Below are positions 1 to 9,592 of a stretch of DNA of 40,445 bases, piece by piece. The stretch's first letter is position 1; every line of letters begins with the position of its first letter. The position numbers were made by a program, and so were the translations under genes. Source of the DNA: a virus. Location of the stretch: UHGV virus genome UHGV-1363021; one strand, written 5' to 3'. A model generated the notes under the pieces. It ran no database searches and had not been told where the DNA came from. It saw nothing but the letters and a program-made list of their open reading frames with translations.

Positions 1-40
1 GAAGTATGACGAGAGTTATTGGGACTAGGAGTGATTATAA

Positions 41-811
41 ATGCAATCAATGGAAAGTTTAGCTAGAAATATCAAACCTAGTAAAAACATCGTAGAAGAG
101 CAACACAACCTTAAATGTAATAAGTGTGGAAACACATACGACTATTACAAGTTTAGTAACGGGCATGAGTTCAGACATGGTTGTGACTGTTCAATGATAC
201 AAGCAGGTAAAGAAGCAGAGAAGAAACGTAAGCAAAAATATATAAATAATATCTTCAATCAATCTACTGTAAATGGTTCGCTAAGAGATGCAACAGTAAA
301 CAATTACAAACCCCAAAACGAAAAACAAATATACGCCAAAAAAACAGCTATAGAGTACGTTAAAACCTTTTCTGTAGATAAACCTAAGTCTTTAATCTTA
401 CAAGGCTCATACGGTACCGGAAAAAGCCATATAGCGTATGCCATAGCTAAAGCAATTAAAAACGAAGGATATTCAGTGACTTTTATGCACATTCCAATGT
501 TAATGGAGCGTATTAAAGCGACATACAACAAGAACGCTGCAGAAACAACAGATGAACTTGTACAACTGCTAAGCAACATAGATTTGTTAGTACTCGACGA
601 TATAGGTGTAGAAAACACTGAACACACATTAAATAAACTATTCAGCATTGTAGATAACAGAGTTGGAAAGAATAATATTTTCACTACAAATTTTAGTGAT
701 AAAGAACTCAATCAAAATATGAATTGGCAACGGATCAATTCAAGAATGAAACATAACGCTAGGACTGTAAAGGTACTAGGAGATGATTACAGGGAGCGTG
801 ACACATGGTAA
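41..811 (+). CDS. DnaC/IstB-like AAA+ helicase loader with N-terminal Cys/His zinc-finger-like segment
   Basis: Walker A GSYGTGKSHIAYAIAK; Walker B-like LLVLDDIG; GGAG RBS upstream; follows the DnaD-like gene if the genome is circular. Confidence 0.8.
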   Translation: MQSMESLARNIKPSKNIVEEQHNLKCNKCGNTYDYYKFSNGHEFRHGCDCSMIQAGKEAEKKRKQKYINNIFNQSTVNGSLRDATVNNYKPQNEKQIYAKKTAIEYVKTFSVDKPKSLILQGSYGTGKSHIAYAIAKAIKNEGYSVTFMHIPMLMERIKATYNKNAAETTDELVQLLSNIDLLVLDDIGVENTEHTLNKLFSIVDNRVGKNNIFTTNFSDKELNQNMNWQRINSRMKHNARTVKVLGDDYRERDTW

Positions 812-825
812 CGAAAGAGAATGTT

Positions 826-966
826 ATGCAAATACTTGAGTGTTCCGATGTGTATGCTAAAAAAATGATTGATTGGTGCAGTGGGAATCAAGCTGCACTC
901 ATCAAGTTAATCAATGACAAATTGGAAGAAAAAGGCAACAGACAGGCAATAACGGAGGTGTCCTAA
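826..966 (+). CDS. hypothetical small protein (46 aa)
   Basis: ATG with upstream AAAGAGA; stop overlaps next start (TAATG); below the ORF-track size cutoff. Confidence 0.35.
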   Translation: MQILECSDVYAKKMIDWCSGNQAALIKLINDKLEEKGNRQAITEVS

Positions 967-1211
967 TGGGACTTATCGACGGACTTAAAAAGCAATACAT
1001 GTTGTATCAAATTGACGGTTGGAAGATGTGTAGTGTAACGCCGTTAGGAGAAGATACTTATAAATTAGGTGACTGTGCAGGGATACACTTTAGAAACACA
1101 TTTTCAGGAACGGTAACGAAAGATGAACTAGAAAAACTCAAACGTAAACACAAGTTGTTCAGAAAAGAAGAACTGCAACAACAAATGACAATTAACGAAT
1201 TATTATTTTGA
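966..1211 (+). CDS. hypothetical protein
   Basis: ORF with GGAGGTG RBS, start overlapping upstream stop. Confidence 0.5.
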   Translation: MGLIDGLKKQYMLYQIDGWKMCSVTPLGEDTYKLGDCAGIHFRNTFSGTVTKDELEKLKRKHKLFRKEELQQQMTINELLF

Positions 1212-1219
1212 GGTGAGTT

Positions 1220-1627
1220 ATGGAAATAGAGATTAATTTCAATGATACGTATAAGGAACCTATTGGCTCTCCTCGTCCACGTTTTAGAAATGCAGGTAAA
1301 TTCATTCAAACATACATGCCAACGTCTTATACGAAGCATAAAGCATATATACAGAGTCAATTACCTAAAAAGATGTTGAACAGTAGATTGAAAGTATCAA
1401 TATATTTTTACTTCGCACCACCTAAGAGTTGGACAAAGAATCAAAAGTTAATATCGATAGGTCAATACAAACGTACGAAACCAGATATAGACAATTTAAT
1501 CAAAACAGTGCTAGACGCTGCTAACGATCACTTATGGAAAGATGATAACCAAATTGCACACATTGAAAGCTTTAAGCAATATGCAGAAGAACCAAAAATA
1601 ATCATGAATGTAGAGGAAGTGGAGTGA
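1220..1627 (+). CDS. rusA: RusA-family Holliday junction resolvase
   Basis: Size ~135 aa; conserved KPDIDNLIKTVLDA acidic catalytic motif typical of RusA; position in the replication/recombination module. Confidence 0.75.
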   Translation: MEIEINFNDTYKEPIGSPRPRFRNAGKFIQTYMPTSYTKHKAYIQSQLPKKMLNSRLKVSIYFYFAPPKSWTKNQKLISIGQYKRTKPDIDNLIKTVLDAANDHLWKDDNQIAHIESFKQYAEEPKIIMNVEEVE

Positions 1628-1825
1628 ATGTACAAAGGGACAATAGAAATTAAAGCGAAAGTTGATATGAAAATAAAAGTTCCTGTTGAAGTCAACAGAG
1701 TAAGCGATATGTATGAAGAGGAAGAATTCTATAACAAGTTATACCACGATAATAAAGACAAGTTTTTGTCAGAAGCAGAATTTGTGAGAGTAGATATAGA
1801 TGAAACTGGATGGGAGTTGAATTAA
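1628..1825 (+). CDS. hypothetical protein
   Basis: ORF translationally coupled to rusA (TGAATG). Confidence 0.45.
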   Translation: MYKGTIEIKAKVDMKIKVPVEVNRVSDMYEEEEFYNKLYHDNKDKFLSEAEFVRVDIDETGWELN

Positions 1826-2185
1826 ATGGAAGCGACAAAAATGAGAGTTAAAAATAAATACTTCTCTATTACACCAGATGTAGTAGAGAAAATGAAAGAA
1901 GCAGATATCAATTCAGATATCTTAAGACAAAGATTGGCTTCTGGTTGGAAGTTTGAAGATGCAATAGAAGCATCTATTGGAGTAAGACGTAGTGAGTGGG
2001 ATAGTTTGAAACCTAAAGAGGACGAAATCACAAGTTATAAAGAGAGAATGGAGCAACGCAGATTACAGGAATTGAAACGCAAGAAACCGCACTTATTTGA
2101 AGTGCCTCAAGTACATCCTAGAAGAGAATGGTGTGTACACCTTATGAAGTACGATATTTTTCCAAAAAGGGTGGTTAGATCATGA
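1826..2185 (+). CDS. hypothetical protein
   Basis: ORF coupled to upstream gene (TAAATG overlap). Confidence 0.45.
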   Translation: MEATKMRVKNKYFSITPDVVEKMKEADINSDILRQRLASGWKFEDAIEASIGVRRSEWDSLKPKEDEITSYKERMEQRRLQELKRKKPHLFEVPQVHPRREWCVHLMKYDIFPKRVVRS

Positions 2186-2634
2186 GTATTAAAGATTTGA
2201 TTATAGGCGATAGAATCAGAATCCAAGAAGTTAACGGTGTTGAAATTACAGTGCAAATAAAAAATGTTTATCGTTTAGTTCAGTCAAGTCTTGATATAGA
2301 TAAATGGGTTGCTGATGTAGAAGCAATTGACGAGAGAACTTGGACTATTGATGATTGTTATGATTTTTACTCATTACCTAATGGAAATGAAGAAACTAAA
2401 AAGACGTTAGATGATAAGGTTAACCACCCGTCACATTACAATAGTGAGAAAGGTATAGACTTAATCGAATTTTGCCGTCAACAATTCACTGAAGAGGAAT
2501 TTAGAGGTGCGATGAAATTCACCCAGATGAGATATTCACTTAGAACAGGGAGAAAAGAAAATGATATTCAAAATCAAAAGAAATTGGAAGAATATGCTAA
2601 TAGATTTGTTGGAGCTCTAGAGAATGGCAGATAA
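2182..2634 (+). CDS. DUF3310-like phage protein
   Basis: NHPSHY...IDLIEF motif resembles DUF3310 phage proteins; ATGA overlap with upstream gene. Confidence 0.5.
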   Translation: MSIKDLIIGDRIRIQEVNGVEITVQIKNVYRLVQSSLDIDKWVADVEAIDERTWTIDDCYDFYSLPNGNEETKKTLDDKVNHPSHYNSEKGIDLIEFCRQQFTEEEFRGAMKFTQMRYSLRTGRKENDIQNQKKLEEYANRFVGALENGR

Positions 2635-2824
2635 CTCAATAGAACTATCTGACACAATTAATCAGACATACAAGTACCAAACTAAGGGTAAAACACCTAC
2701 AGAGGTACAACATGAATTGAGAAATTTGGGTGTCAAAGGATTCATAGTTGGTATGACATCTAGAAAAGTAAAAATGAAAGTTAAAATAGAAGATATAAAA
2801 ACAAATAGGGAGTGCTTGAGATGA
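2624..2824 (+). CDS. hypothetical protein
   Basis: ORF overlapping the previous stop. Confidence 0.4.
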   Translation: MADNSIELSDTINQTYKYQTKGKTPTEVQHELRNLGVKGFIVGMTSRKVKMKVKIEDIKTNRECLR

Positions 2825-2841
2825 ATTCTGATTATCTATTA

Positions 2842-3102
2842 CTATAACAATTTTATTAATATTCCAGTAATAACTGCGCATGTTCCAAAAAAAGAGAAGA
2901 TGAAAATTAGTATCCATTTAATCCAAAAGTCTTTTACTGAATAATACTTTTCTTCGCCTTCTCTTGTTGCTTCAACATAGTCACTATATTTTGGAGTCAT
3001 TAAAGGAGTATTTTCACTTAAATCAGTATTATAGTAGACAATCGTTGGAACAATCCAATTTTTGGATAGCATATATTCAAAGTGCTTATAGTCAGATGGC
3101 AT
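2842..3102 (-). CDS. small C-terminally membrane-anchored protein, reverse-strand moron (ORF extends to 3171 with a GTG start)
   Basis: Minus-strand ORF; best start MPSDYK with GAAGG SD; C-terminal hydrophobic helix ILIFIFSFFGTCAVITGILIKLL. Confidence 0.45.
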   Translation of the reverse strand: MPSDYKHFEYMLSKNWIVPTIVYYNTDLSENTPLMTPKYSDYVEATREGEEKYYSVKDFWIKWILIFIFSFFGTCAVITGILIKLL

Positions 3103-3215
3103 TTTAACACTGCCTTCTCTTACGCAAGTACGCAACTTCAAAAACATTGAAATGTTCAAAGCTAAGACCACCTTATCTTTATATAGGTTAATTATATCAG
3201 AATAGGAGAATAAGA

Positions 3216-3638
3216 ATGAAGTACTTAGAGATTAAATTATTATCTGTGAACGCGACAATTCCTAAAAGAGCAAATCCTACAGATAGCGGATTAGACCTTT
3301 ATGTATCAGAAACGATTCACATACCTGCAAACACAACTAAAGTGGTTAAAACTGATATAGCAATTGATTTACCTTTTGGTTATGAAGCACAGGTAAGACC
3401 ACGATCTGGTAAAACATTAAAAACTAAATTGCGCGTTAACTTTGGGACTATAGACTACACGTACAATAAAGAAATTGGTGTTATTACTGACAATATTGGG
3501 GATGAACCTATCACAGTAGAAAAAGGCACTCGAATTGCACAATTGGTTATAGCTCCCGTTGTATATCCTAAACCTAAGCAGGTGGATTGGTTCGAAAACG
3601 AAAGTGATAGAGGTGCATATGGAAGCACAGGAGAATAA
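3216..3638 (+). CDS. dut: trimeric dUTPase (short form, ~140 aa)
   Basis: All five dUTPase motifs present: SGLDLY, RPRSG, GTIDYTY, RIAQLVI, RGAYGSTG; GGAG RBS. Confidence 0.85.
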   Translation: MKYLEIKLLSVNATIPKRANPTDSGLDLYVSETIHIPANTTKVVKTDIAIDLPFGYEAQVRPRSGKTLKTKLRVNFGTIDYTYNKEIGVITDNIGDEPITVEKGTRIAQLVIAPVVYPKPKQVDWFENESDRGAYGSTGE

Positions 3639-3757
3639 AGACGTATTAGAAGAGGTTAAAAGAATACTTCGCAAAGAGTAATGAAAAGTGGGGTAAGAAA
3701 TGCAATAAATTAATAATTAAAAAAGAAAAATAAAAAGCCTATAAAGACTTTTTATTT

Positions 3758-4060
3758 TTATGCGAAAAGTAATTTTATTCCTAAATATAAATTTTTAATT
3801 ATATAGTAAAATGTAAGGAAGGCTGTAATCAGACCTACTGTCAGCGTTATATTATTGTGATCGTAACTATATGCAGAAAGGATTAGAAATGACACGATGA
3901 AAAAGATGATTGGCAAAATATGGTAAAGTAAAGCTTTTCCAGCATGTCTTGAAGTATCTCCACTTGCCAATATCCAAACTATGAGTGGAAAGATAAATGG
4001 TGCAAAAAACACACTGAAATAACAAAATGAAGAAAGAATATTATTTGCTGATTTGTCCAT
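3758..4060 (-). CDS. DUF4870-like multi-pass membrane protein, reverse-strand moron
   Basis: Strong RBS GGAGGTG 5 nt before ATG (MDKSANN); pattern L..Y....F.P.I.PLI....D..R.HA..AL resembles the DUF4870 family; 3 predicted TM helices. Confidence 0.55.
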   Translation of the reverse strand: MDKSANNILSSFCYFSVFFAPFIFPLIVWILASGDTSRHAGKALLYHILPIIFFIVSFLILSAYSYDHNNITLTVGLITAFLTFYYIIKNLYLGIKLLFA

Positions 4061-4164
4061 AGCTACACCTCCAAATTTATACTGCAAATATAACGCAATA
4101 ATTTTAAGATTTATAGGAGTTTTTCTTAATCTTACAAAATTGTAATTTTAAAGGAGTCGATAAA

Positions 4165-4305
4165 ATGATTAAGAGATTAATGAGAATATGGTTTACTATC
4201 GCTATGTATGAACTAGGTAAATGGATTGGAAGAGAAATATATTATAAGCTTACTTCATATGATAGTGTCAAAGTACCTAAAGATTTTTATGAAAAGAACG
4301 ATTAA
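4165..4305 (+). CDS. small hydrophobic protein (46 aa)
   Basis: AAGGAG RBS; below ORF-track cutoff; predicted TM helix. Confidence 0.35.
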   Translation: MIKRLMRIWFTIAMYELGKWIGREIYYKLTSYDSVKVPKDFYEKND

Positions 4306-4348
4306 ATAGATATAGAAAATTATATACGAAAGGACGATGAATTTTAAA

Positions 4349-4497
4349 TGTGGATTATCATTTCGATTATATTAGCTATTGCACTCTTAATATCATTATG
4401 TGTTCAAACTGGATTGAGAATTAAACTAAGCGAGCATAAACAACTTAATGAATTATTGAATAAGCAGATTAAATATTTTAAAGATAATAGAAAATAA
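4349..4497 (+). CDS. small membrane protein (49 aa)
   Basis: AAAGGA RBS; N-terminal TM helix MWIISIILAIALLISL. Confidence 0.35.
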
Positions 4498-4513
4498 GTA
4501 TCGGAGGTTTCTT

Positions 4514-4960
4514 ATGAGTCTAGGTAAAGAAGACATACCAAAGTTAGAACAGTTCTTTCGTAATTATGAAGATATGAAAGGACAGTTATTATACAGACGA
4601 TACGAATTATTATATCAGCCTCAAGATACAAATACTGGTGGGGGTAAATCTAATCTTCCAAGCAGGCCTGTAGAAAATGAAATAATTGAGCTACATAAAG
4701 ATGATAAATATCGTAACTTACAGGCAACTATCACAGCGGTTGAAGATGTGTATAGAAATGCGACACCTGAACAGAAAGCTATTATTGAATACAGATATTG
4801 GGAAAAGGACTTATTAATATATGAGTGGGAAGATATCGCTCACGAGTTAACTAAATGTAGAGAAGATGGCAAGGTTATTAGTCAACATTCGGCTATTAGA
4901 ATGCGTAATCAAATAATGAGAGATGTAGCAAAAAGGATTGGATGGATATACTTCGACTAG
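4514..4960 (+). CDS. rinA: RinA/ArpU-family late-gene transcriptional activator
   Basis: ~148 aa; conserved TNTGGGKSN core of the ArpU/RinA family; located immediately upstream of the packaging module; GGAGG RBS. Confidence 0.7.
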   Translation: MSLGKEDIPKLEQFFRNYEDMKGQLLYRRYELLYQPQDTNTGGGKSNLPSRPVENEIIELHKDDKYRNLQATITAVEDVYRNATPEQKAIIEYRYWEKDLLIYEWEDIAHELTKCREDGKVISQHSAIRMRNQIMRDVAKRIGWIYFD

Positions 4961-5443
4961 TCGCAATTGGGCGTATAGTGAATTGCGGGTTGTCAATAGG
5001 GTATTCTTGTATCGTACCTAATATAAACACATGGTTATTTACCCCTCAATTATAAAGACCTTGTGTTTCTTAGCACCTATATTTAAGGGCTTATGTTAAT
5101 AAAGCAGTGCTTAAGTGCATGTGTTGTATATAACCTTCAATATATCTTTTGAAGGTTATCATATCAATTTAAGTAAATTCTTATGTGTAACAAACATTCA
5201 ATGAAGCTAAAAGGTTTCTTTAGTTTAAAAGATTGAATGAAACAAAAAGATTATTACGAAATGAAGTTTGTTGTTTGTATTAATGAATAAAAAGTTTTCT
5301 TAATTTGTTTACATTCTAATAATAAAATATTTTTTATGTAAAAGACAGAATGATTTGAGATTATAAATCTTATTTCGATTTGTCTTTTATTTTTTATATT
5401 TGTAATTGAAGTAAAATTCTTTGAAAGAAGTTGAAAAGAAAAT

Positions 5444-5794
5444 TTGTTTAAAGAACCAAAAGTTAGATTAGGAAACAGAACTCATAGTCAAAGCGAGCTA
5501 CAAGACTATAGGAAAGCCAATGTACAAAGGTATAACCAAGAGGTTAGGCATAATAAGCGCAACAAAGAGTATACATCGTTCTACAACAGTTCTCAGTGGC
5601 GTAAGTTACGTAAACAAGTATTATTACGTGATAATTACTTGTGTCAACACTGTTTGAATAAGGGCATAGTGAATGATAAAGATTTGATTGTTCACCATAA
5701 GGTAGAACTAAAAGAGGACTGGGGTAAAAGACTGGATATGGATAATTTAGAGGTAGTCTGTATCGGGTGTCACAATAAAATTCACAAAAAATAA
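5444..5794 (+). CDS. HNH endonuclease (cos-packaging associated)
   Basis: CxxC...HH...CxxCH HNH zinc-finger motifs (CQHCLNKG, HHKVE, CIGCHNKIH); position directly upstream of terS as in HK97-like cos phages; TTG start with weak SD. Confidence 0.8.
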   Translation: MFKEPKVRLGNRTHSQSELQDYRKANVQRYNQEVRHNKRNKEYTSFYNSSQWRKLRKQVLLRDNYLCQHCLNKGIVNDKDLIVHHKVELKEDWGKRLDMDNLEVVCIGCHNKIHKK

Positions 5795-5936
5795 TTTTTA
5801 TAATATATGTTCTTATAAAATTAATGGGGCGTTCTAAAACCCCTGTGGCTCTAAGGTTCGAGTTAAACGAGCCGGCCTTTTTTTCACCCAAACTCCCAAA
5901 ACTTAGTGTTGTAATATTACAAAAGGAGGTGGTTAG
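5795..5936 (+). other. candidate cos region (GC-rich island 5826-5877 with stem-loop and T8 tract) between HNH and terS
   Basis: Only markedly GC-rich stretch in an AT-rich genome (GGGGCGTTCTAAAACCCC, GAGCCGGCC followed by TTTTTTTT); HNH-cos-terS order as in HK97. Confidence 0.4.
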
Positions 5937-6407
5937 ATGGCTAGACCACGTAAATTGAACCTACAAAAGCAAGGACACCGCACTAAAGAAGAATTGCAAG
6001 AAGCAGAAAACGTTGAAAATGGGCTTTATGAGTTCGACCAGATTAATGCAGAAAATTTACCAGAAGATTTAACCGAAGGTGCTGCTAAAGAATGGGTGCG
6101 TGTTGTTCCTCTTTTACAACAACTACCAATTGCTGAACTAGATTATGGTTTAATCAAGAAATATTGCCAGTTAGTCGACATTAGTGACGAAGCATACCAA
6201 GAAATGCAACAAGTTGGTACATATCAACCAGATAACCATCGTAAAACAGGACCATATGTCACATTCATGGATACTACAAGAGAAATTATAAGCATATGTA
6301 GCAAATTGGGTATGACAATTGATAGTCGTATGCGTTTAGTTGTACCGGTTGAAAAGGATAAAGCAAAATCGGTTTACGATGAATTTGGTGTTGATGAAGA
6401 TGACTAA
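5937..6407 (+). CDS. terS: terminase small subunit, P27 family
   Basis: ~155 aa; N-terminal MARPRKL basic segment and overall P27-family terS features; AAGGAGGTGG RBS; overlaps terL start. Confidence 0.75.
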   Translation: MARPRKLNLQKQGHRTKEELQEAENVENGLYEFDQINAENLPEDLTEGAAKEWVRVVPLLQQLPIAELDYGLIKKYCQLVDISDEAYQEMQQVGTYQPDNHRKTGPYVTFMDTTREIISICSKLGMTIDSRMRLVVPVEKDKAKSVYDEFGVDEDD

Positions 6408-8151
6408 CGTTAAAATACCTAAAGTGTATGAAAAGCTTTTAAATATACCCAATGATTTAAGAGATGATGCATACAAATACTGTGTCATGGTTCTATCCGG
6501 TGCATACATTACATGTAAGGATACTAGACTTGCCTGTATTCGTCATTTAAAAGACATACACAAGTCAATAGATAGTCCTGAATGGAATTATATCTATAAA
6601 CCTAAACGTGCCAAAAAGGTTATTAAATTCATGGAAACACTACCTGATACAAAAGGTAAAATACACAAATTGACATTGTTTCAAAAGTTCATTGTCGCAA
6701 ATGTCAGAGGTTGGTTCACGAAAGACAGAGATATGCTGAGATTTAGAAAAGCTTTTATCTCAATGTCAAGAAAAGGAGGTAAGTCACTTTTAGTAAGTGG
6801 ACTTGTACTTTATTCTTTTTTATTCGATAGGGAACCAGCAGAAGGCAGACAGATATTTTGCGCAGCTAATGACAAGAAACAAGCAAGCGTAGTATTCAAC
6901 ATGGTAACTAAACAACTTATGCATTTAGTATCAAAAGTACCAGAATTAAAGAAAGACATTAAAAAAGTACGCGAGTTGCTTAATAACTTGCGTGATGACT
7001 CTTTCGTTATGCCATTATCACGTGATACAAGTGCAGTCGATGGTTTCGAACCATTCCTAGCTGTTATTGATGAATACCATGCAGCAAAAACAGATGAAAT
7101 GGTAGAGTTAATTCAATCTGGTCAAGGTAACTTATACCAATCACTTATATTTATCATCAGTACCGCAGGTTTTAACTTAAATTCACCGATGTTTGTAAAT
7201 GAATGGCCTTATGCTAAAGATATTTTAGCTGAAATTTATGATGATCCAGAATACTTTGCGATTATCTATGAACAAGACTCGGAAGATGAATGGCAAGATA
7301 AAACAACATGGGCCAAGTCCAATCCATTAATCAATGAATCAGACGACTTAAAAGAACAAATTGAAGAGTATTTGGAAAAACGCGTAGCAGAGGCTAATAA
7401 AAAAGGATCTATGTTCAAGGTACTTGTTAAAAACTTCAATTATTGGTTACAAGCAAGTACAGAATCTTACTTAGATTTCAATGATTGGAAAAAGAATGAA
7501 ACAGATTTTGATATACATGGGTCTAAAACTTATATCGGCCTAGACTTATCACGTGCTGATGACTTAACCGCAGTGTCGTTCGTTCATCTTAATGAAGATA
7601 ATCAAGAGTATTATGTAACCAGTCATTCGTTTGTGGCTACTAAAGGTGGACTAGATGGCAAGATTGACAGAGACTTCATCGATTATAGACAAATTGCAGA
7701 AAACGGTTATTGTACGATTACCGATTTACAAAGTGGAATTATCAATACTGATCAAGTTTTGAATTATATAGAGGATTATATCGACCAATATAAATTAGAC
7801 GTACAAGCGTTATGTTATGATCCTTACTCAATACATGGTGTTATTGCAGAAATTGAGCGTAGAGATTGGCCTTATGATTTAGTAGAAATCAGACAAGGAC
7901 CACAAACGTTATCTAATCCGATACTAGATTTTAGATTGAAAGTAATTAATGGCGACATTAAACATCATAAAAATCCGTTACTAGATATTGCGATAAAAAA
8001 TGCAGTAGCTAAAGATACTAATGACTCATTGATGATTGAAAAGAAAATGAATAGAGAAAAGATAGATCCGCTCATGTCGACTATATTCGCTTATGTGATG
8101 GCTTGTGAACATGAATGGGATAGTGAAACTTTAATGCCATTGTTCTTATAG
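6394..8151 (+). CDS. terL: terminase large subunit
   Basis: ATPase Walker A region (MSRKGGKS); C-terminal nuclease acidic residues; start 6394 or 6400 overlapping terS stop. Confidence 0.9.
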   Translation: MKMTNVKIPKVYEKLLNIPNDLRDDAYKYCVMVLSGAYITCKDTRLACIRHLKDIHKSIDSPEWNYIYKPKRAKKVIKFMETLPDTKGKIHKLTLFQKFIVANVRGWFTKDRDMLRFRKAFISMSRKGGKSLLVSGLVLYSFLFDREPAEGRQIFCAANDKKQASVVFNMVTKQLMHLVSKVPELKKDIKKVRELLNNLRDDSFVMPLSRDTSAVDGFEPFLAVIDEYHAAKTDEMVELIQSGQGNLYQSLIFIISTAGFNLNSPMFVNEWPYAKDILAEIYDDPEYFAIIYEQDSEDEWQDKTTWAKSNPLINESDDLKEQIEEYLEKRVAEANKKGSMFKVLVKNFNYWLQASTESYLDFNDWKKNETDFDIHGSKTYIGLDLSRADDLTAVSFVHLNEDNQEYYVTSHSFVATKGGLDGKIDRDFIDYRQIAENGYCTITDLQSGIINTDQVLNYIEDYIDQYKLDVQALCYDPYSIHGVIAEIERRDWPYDLVEIRQGPQTLSNPILDFRLKVINGDIKHHKNPLLDIAIKNAVAKDTNDSLMIEKKMNREKIDPLMSTIFAYVMACEHEWDSETLMPLFL

Positions 8152-8156
8152 GAGGT

Positions 8157-8357
8157 GTGATGATGAAAAAATTCTTATACGCACTTGTAGTAATACTATT
8201 ATTCGTTGTGGGCTTAATAGGTCTATTCTATGGCTTATTTATACTTTGGAAGCCGTTAGCTTATATTATTGGTGGCTTGCTGCTCATAGGTCTCTCAGGC
8301 GTTTTAAATCAAGCGTACGACAATACCTCGATAAGTCAGAAAGGGGGTGACAGTTAA
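8157..8357 (+). CDS. small two-TM membrane protein between terL and portal
   Basis: GGAGGTG RBS; two hydrophobic helices. Confidence 0.5.
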   Translation: MMMKKFLYALVVILLFVVGLIGLFYGLFILWKPLAYIIGGLLLIGLSGVLNQAYDNTSISQKGGDS

Positions 8358-8359
8358 AG

Positions 8360-9592
8360 ATGCCATTACTTGATTTAGGATTTACAAGCAAACAAGAAAA
8401 GATGAACAGAGATTTAGAACGATTATTGTATTGGCAAGAACATGGCACACATGCAAGCTATGTTGGTATAAACGCGCTACGTAACAGTGATGTATTTACT
8501 GCTACACGTATTATATCTGCAGACATTGCAAGCACCAAGTTGAAAGTTAAAGGTCACGAAACAAATACAGTGATGGACCAAATACTGGATCTATTTAATA
8601 ACAATCCGTATTCGGACTTACCGGGTTGGCACTTTAAGTTTATAATCATCGCGAATATGCTGCTTAACGGTCAATCTTTTGTTGAAATTGTACGTGATAA
8701 AAACGATTTCCCCGTAGGCTTCTATTTCTTACATAATGATTTAGTAGGAGTTGAGGAAAAAGACGGAGATATTGTCTACAACGTGAGCGAAGATGTGGAA
8801 GGTAACGCTGCAAAGATAACCAGTGAGGATATATTGCATTTTAGATACATTACATTAGATGGATATGTGGGTTATAGTCCTTTGTATGCTTTAGCACACG
8901 AAATTGGTATTTCTCAAGGTTCTAAGAGCTTCCTACGTAACTTCTTCGATAATGGTGGGACTTCGACATCAGTATTGAAGTATAGAAAAGGGCAAATCAA
9001 TGCTGAACAATTAAGAGATTTGAAAAAGAATTTCTCAGAAAGCCAATTAAAAAACAATAGTGGCTTAGTTGCTATCGACGACACAATGGAATTCAGCAGG
9101 TTGCAAATTCCTACCGAAGTATTGAACTTCTTAAATAGTTATAAGTTCAGTACATCTCAAGTTGCTAAAGCGTTTGGTTTACCAGTATCGAAGCTAGGTA
9201 TTGAAACAGTAAACACATCTATCACACAAGCTAACCTAGAATATTTGCAAAGTACATTAGACCCAATATTCAAAATGATGATTGCAGAGCTTGAGACGAA
9301 GATATTCAAGTTTATCGATTCTGGATATGAATTAGAGTTCGACTCATCACGTCTCATTGATATTGACCCAGAACTACAATTACAACGTATTACTGAATTG
9401 CACAGTAAAGGAATTATTTCAACAGACGAAGCAAGAAGTGTATTTGGTTATCAACCTATTGAACATGGTGAACAACCATTGGTTGACCTTAACAGAGCCC
9501 CTCTTAATACATTAGAGAATTACCAAAAATCTAAAATTGACAAAGAAGTCGAAAAGAACTCCATTAAGGGAGGTGATGAGTATGGCGAATAG
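8360..9592 (+). CDS. portal protein (HK97 family)
   Basis: 410 aa; position after terL; GGGGGTGA RBS; typical portal size and composition. Confidence 0.85.
   Translation: MPLLDLGFTSKQEKMNRDLERLLYWQEHGTHASYVGINALRNSDVFTATRIISADIASTKLKVKGHETNTVMDQILDLFNNNPYSDLPGWHFKFIIIANMLLNGQSFVEIVRDKNDFPVGFYFLHNDLVGVEEKDGDIVYNVSEDVEGNAAKITSEDILHFRYITLDGYVGYSPLYALAHEIGISQGSKSFLRNFFDNGGTSTSVLKYRKGQINAEQLRDLKKNFSESQLKNNSGLVAIDDTMEFSRLQIPTEVLNFLNSYKFSTSQVAKAFGLPVSKLGIETVNTSITQANLEYLQSTLDPIFKMMIAELETKIFKFIDSGYELEFDSSRLIDIDPELQLQRITELHSKGIISTDEARSVFGYQPIEHGEQPLVDLNRAPLNTLENYQKSKIDKEVEKNSIKGGDEYGE

Noticed and set aside
304-711. 135-aa minus-strand ORF inside the DnaC-like gene
   Set aside because: Fully antisense to a well-supported coding gene; no RBS; typical AT-rich antisense artefact.
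5845-5875. GGTTCGAGT element resembling a tRNA T-loop
   Set aside because: No complementary T-stem, acceptor stem or anticodon arm could be built around it; it is part of the GC-rich hairpin/cos candidate instead.
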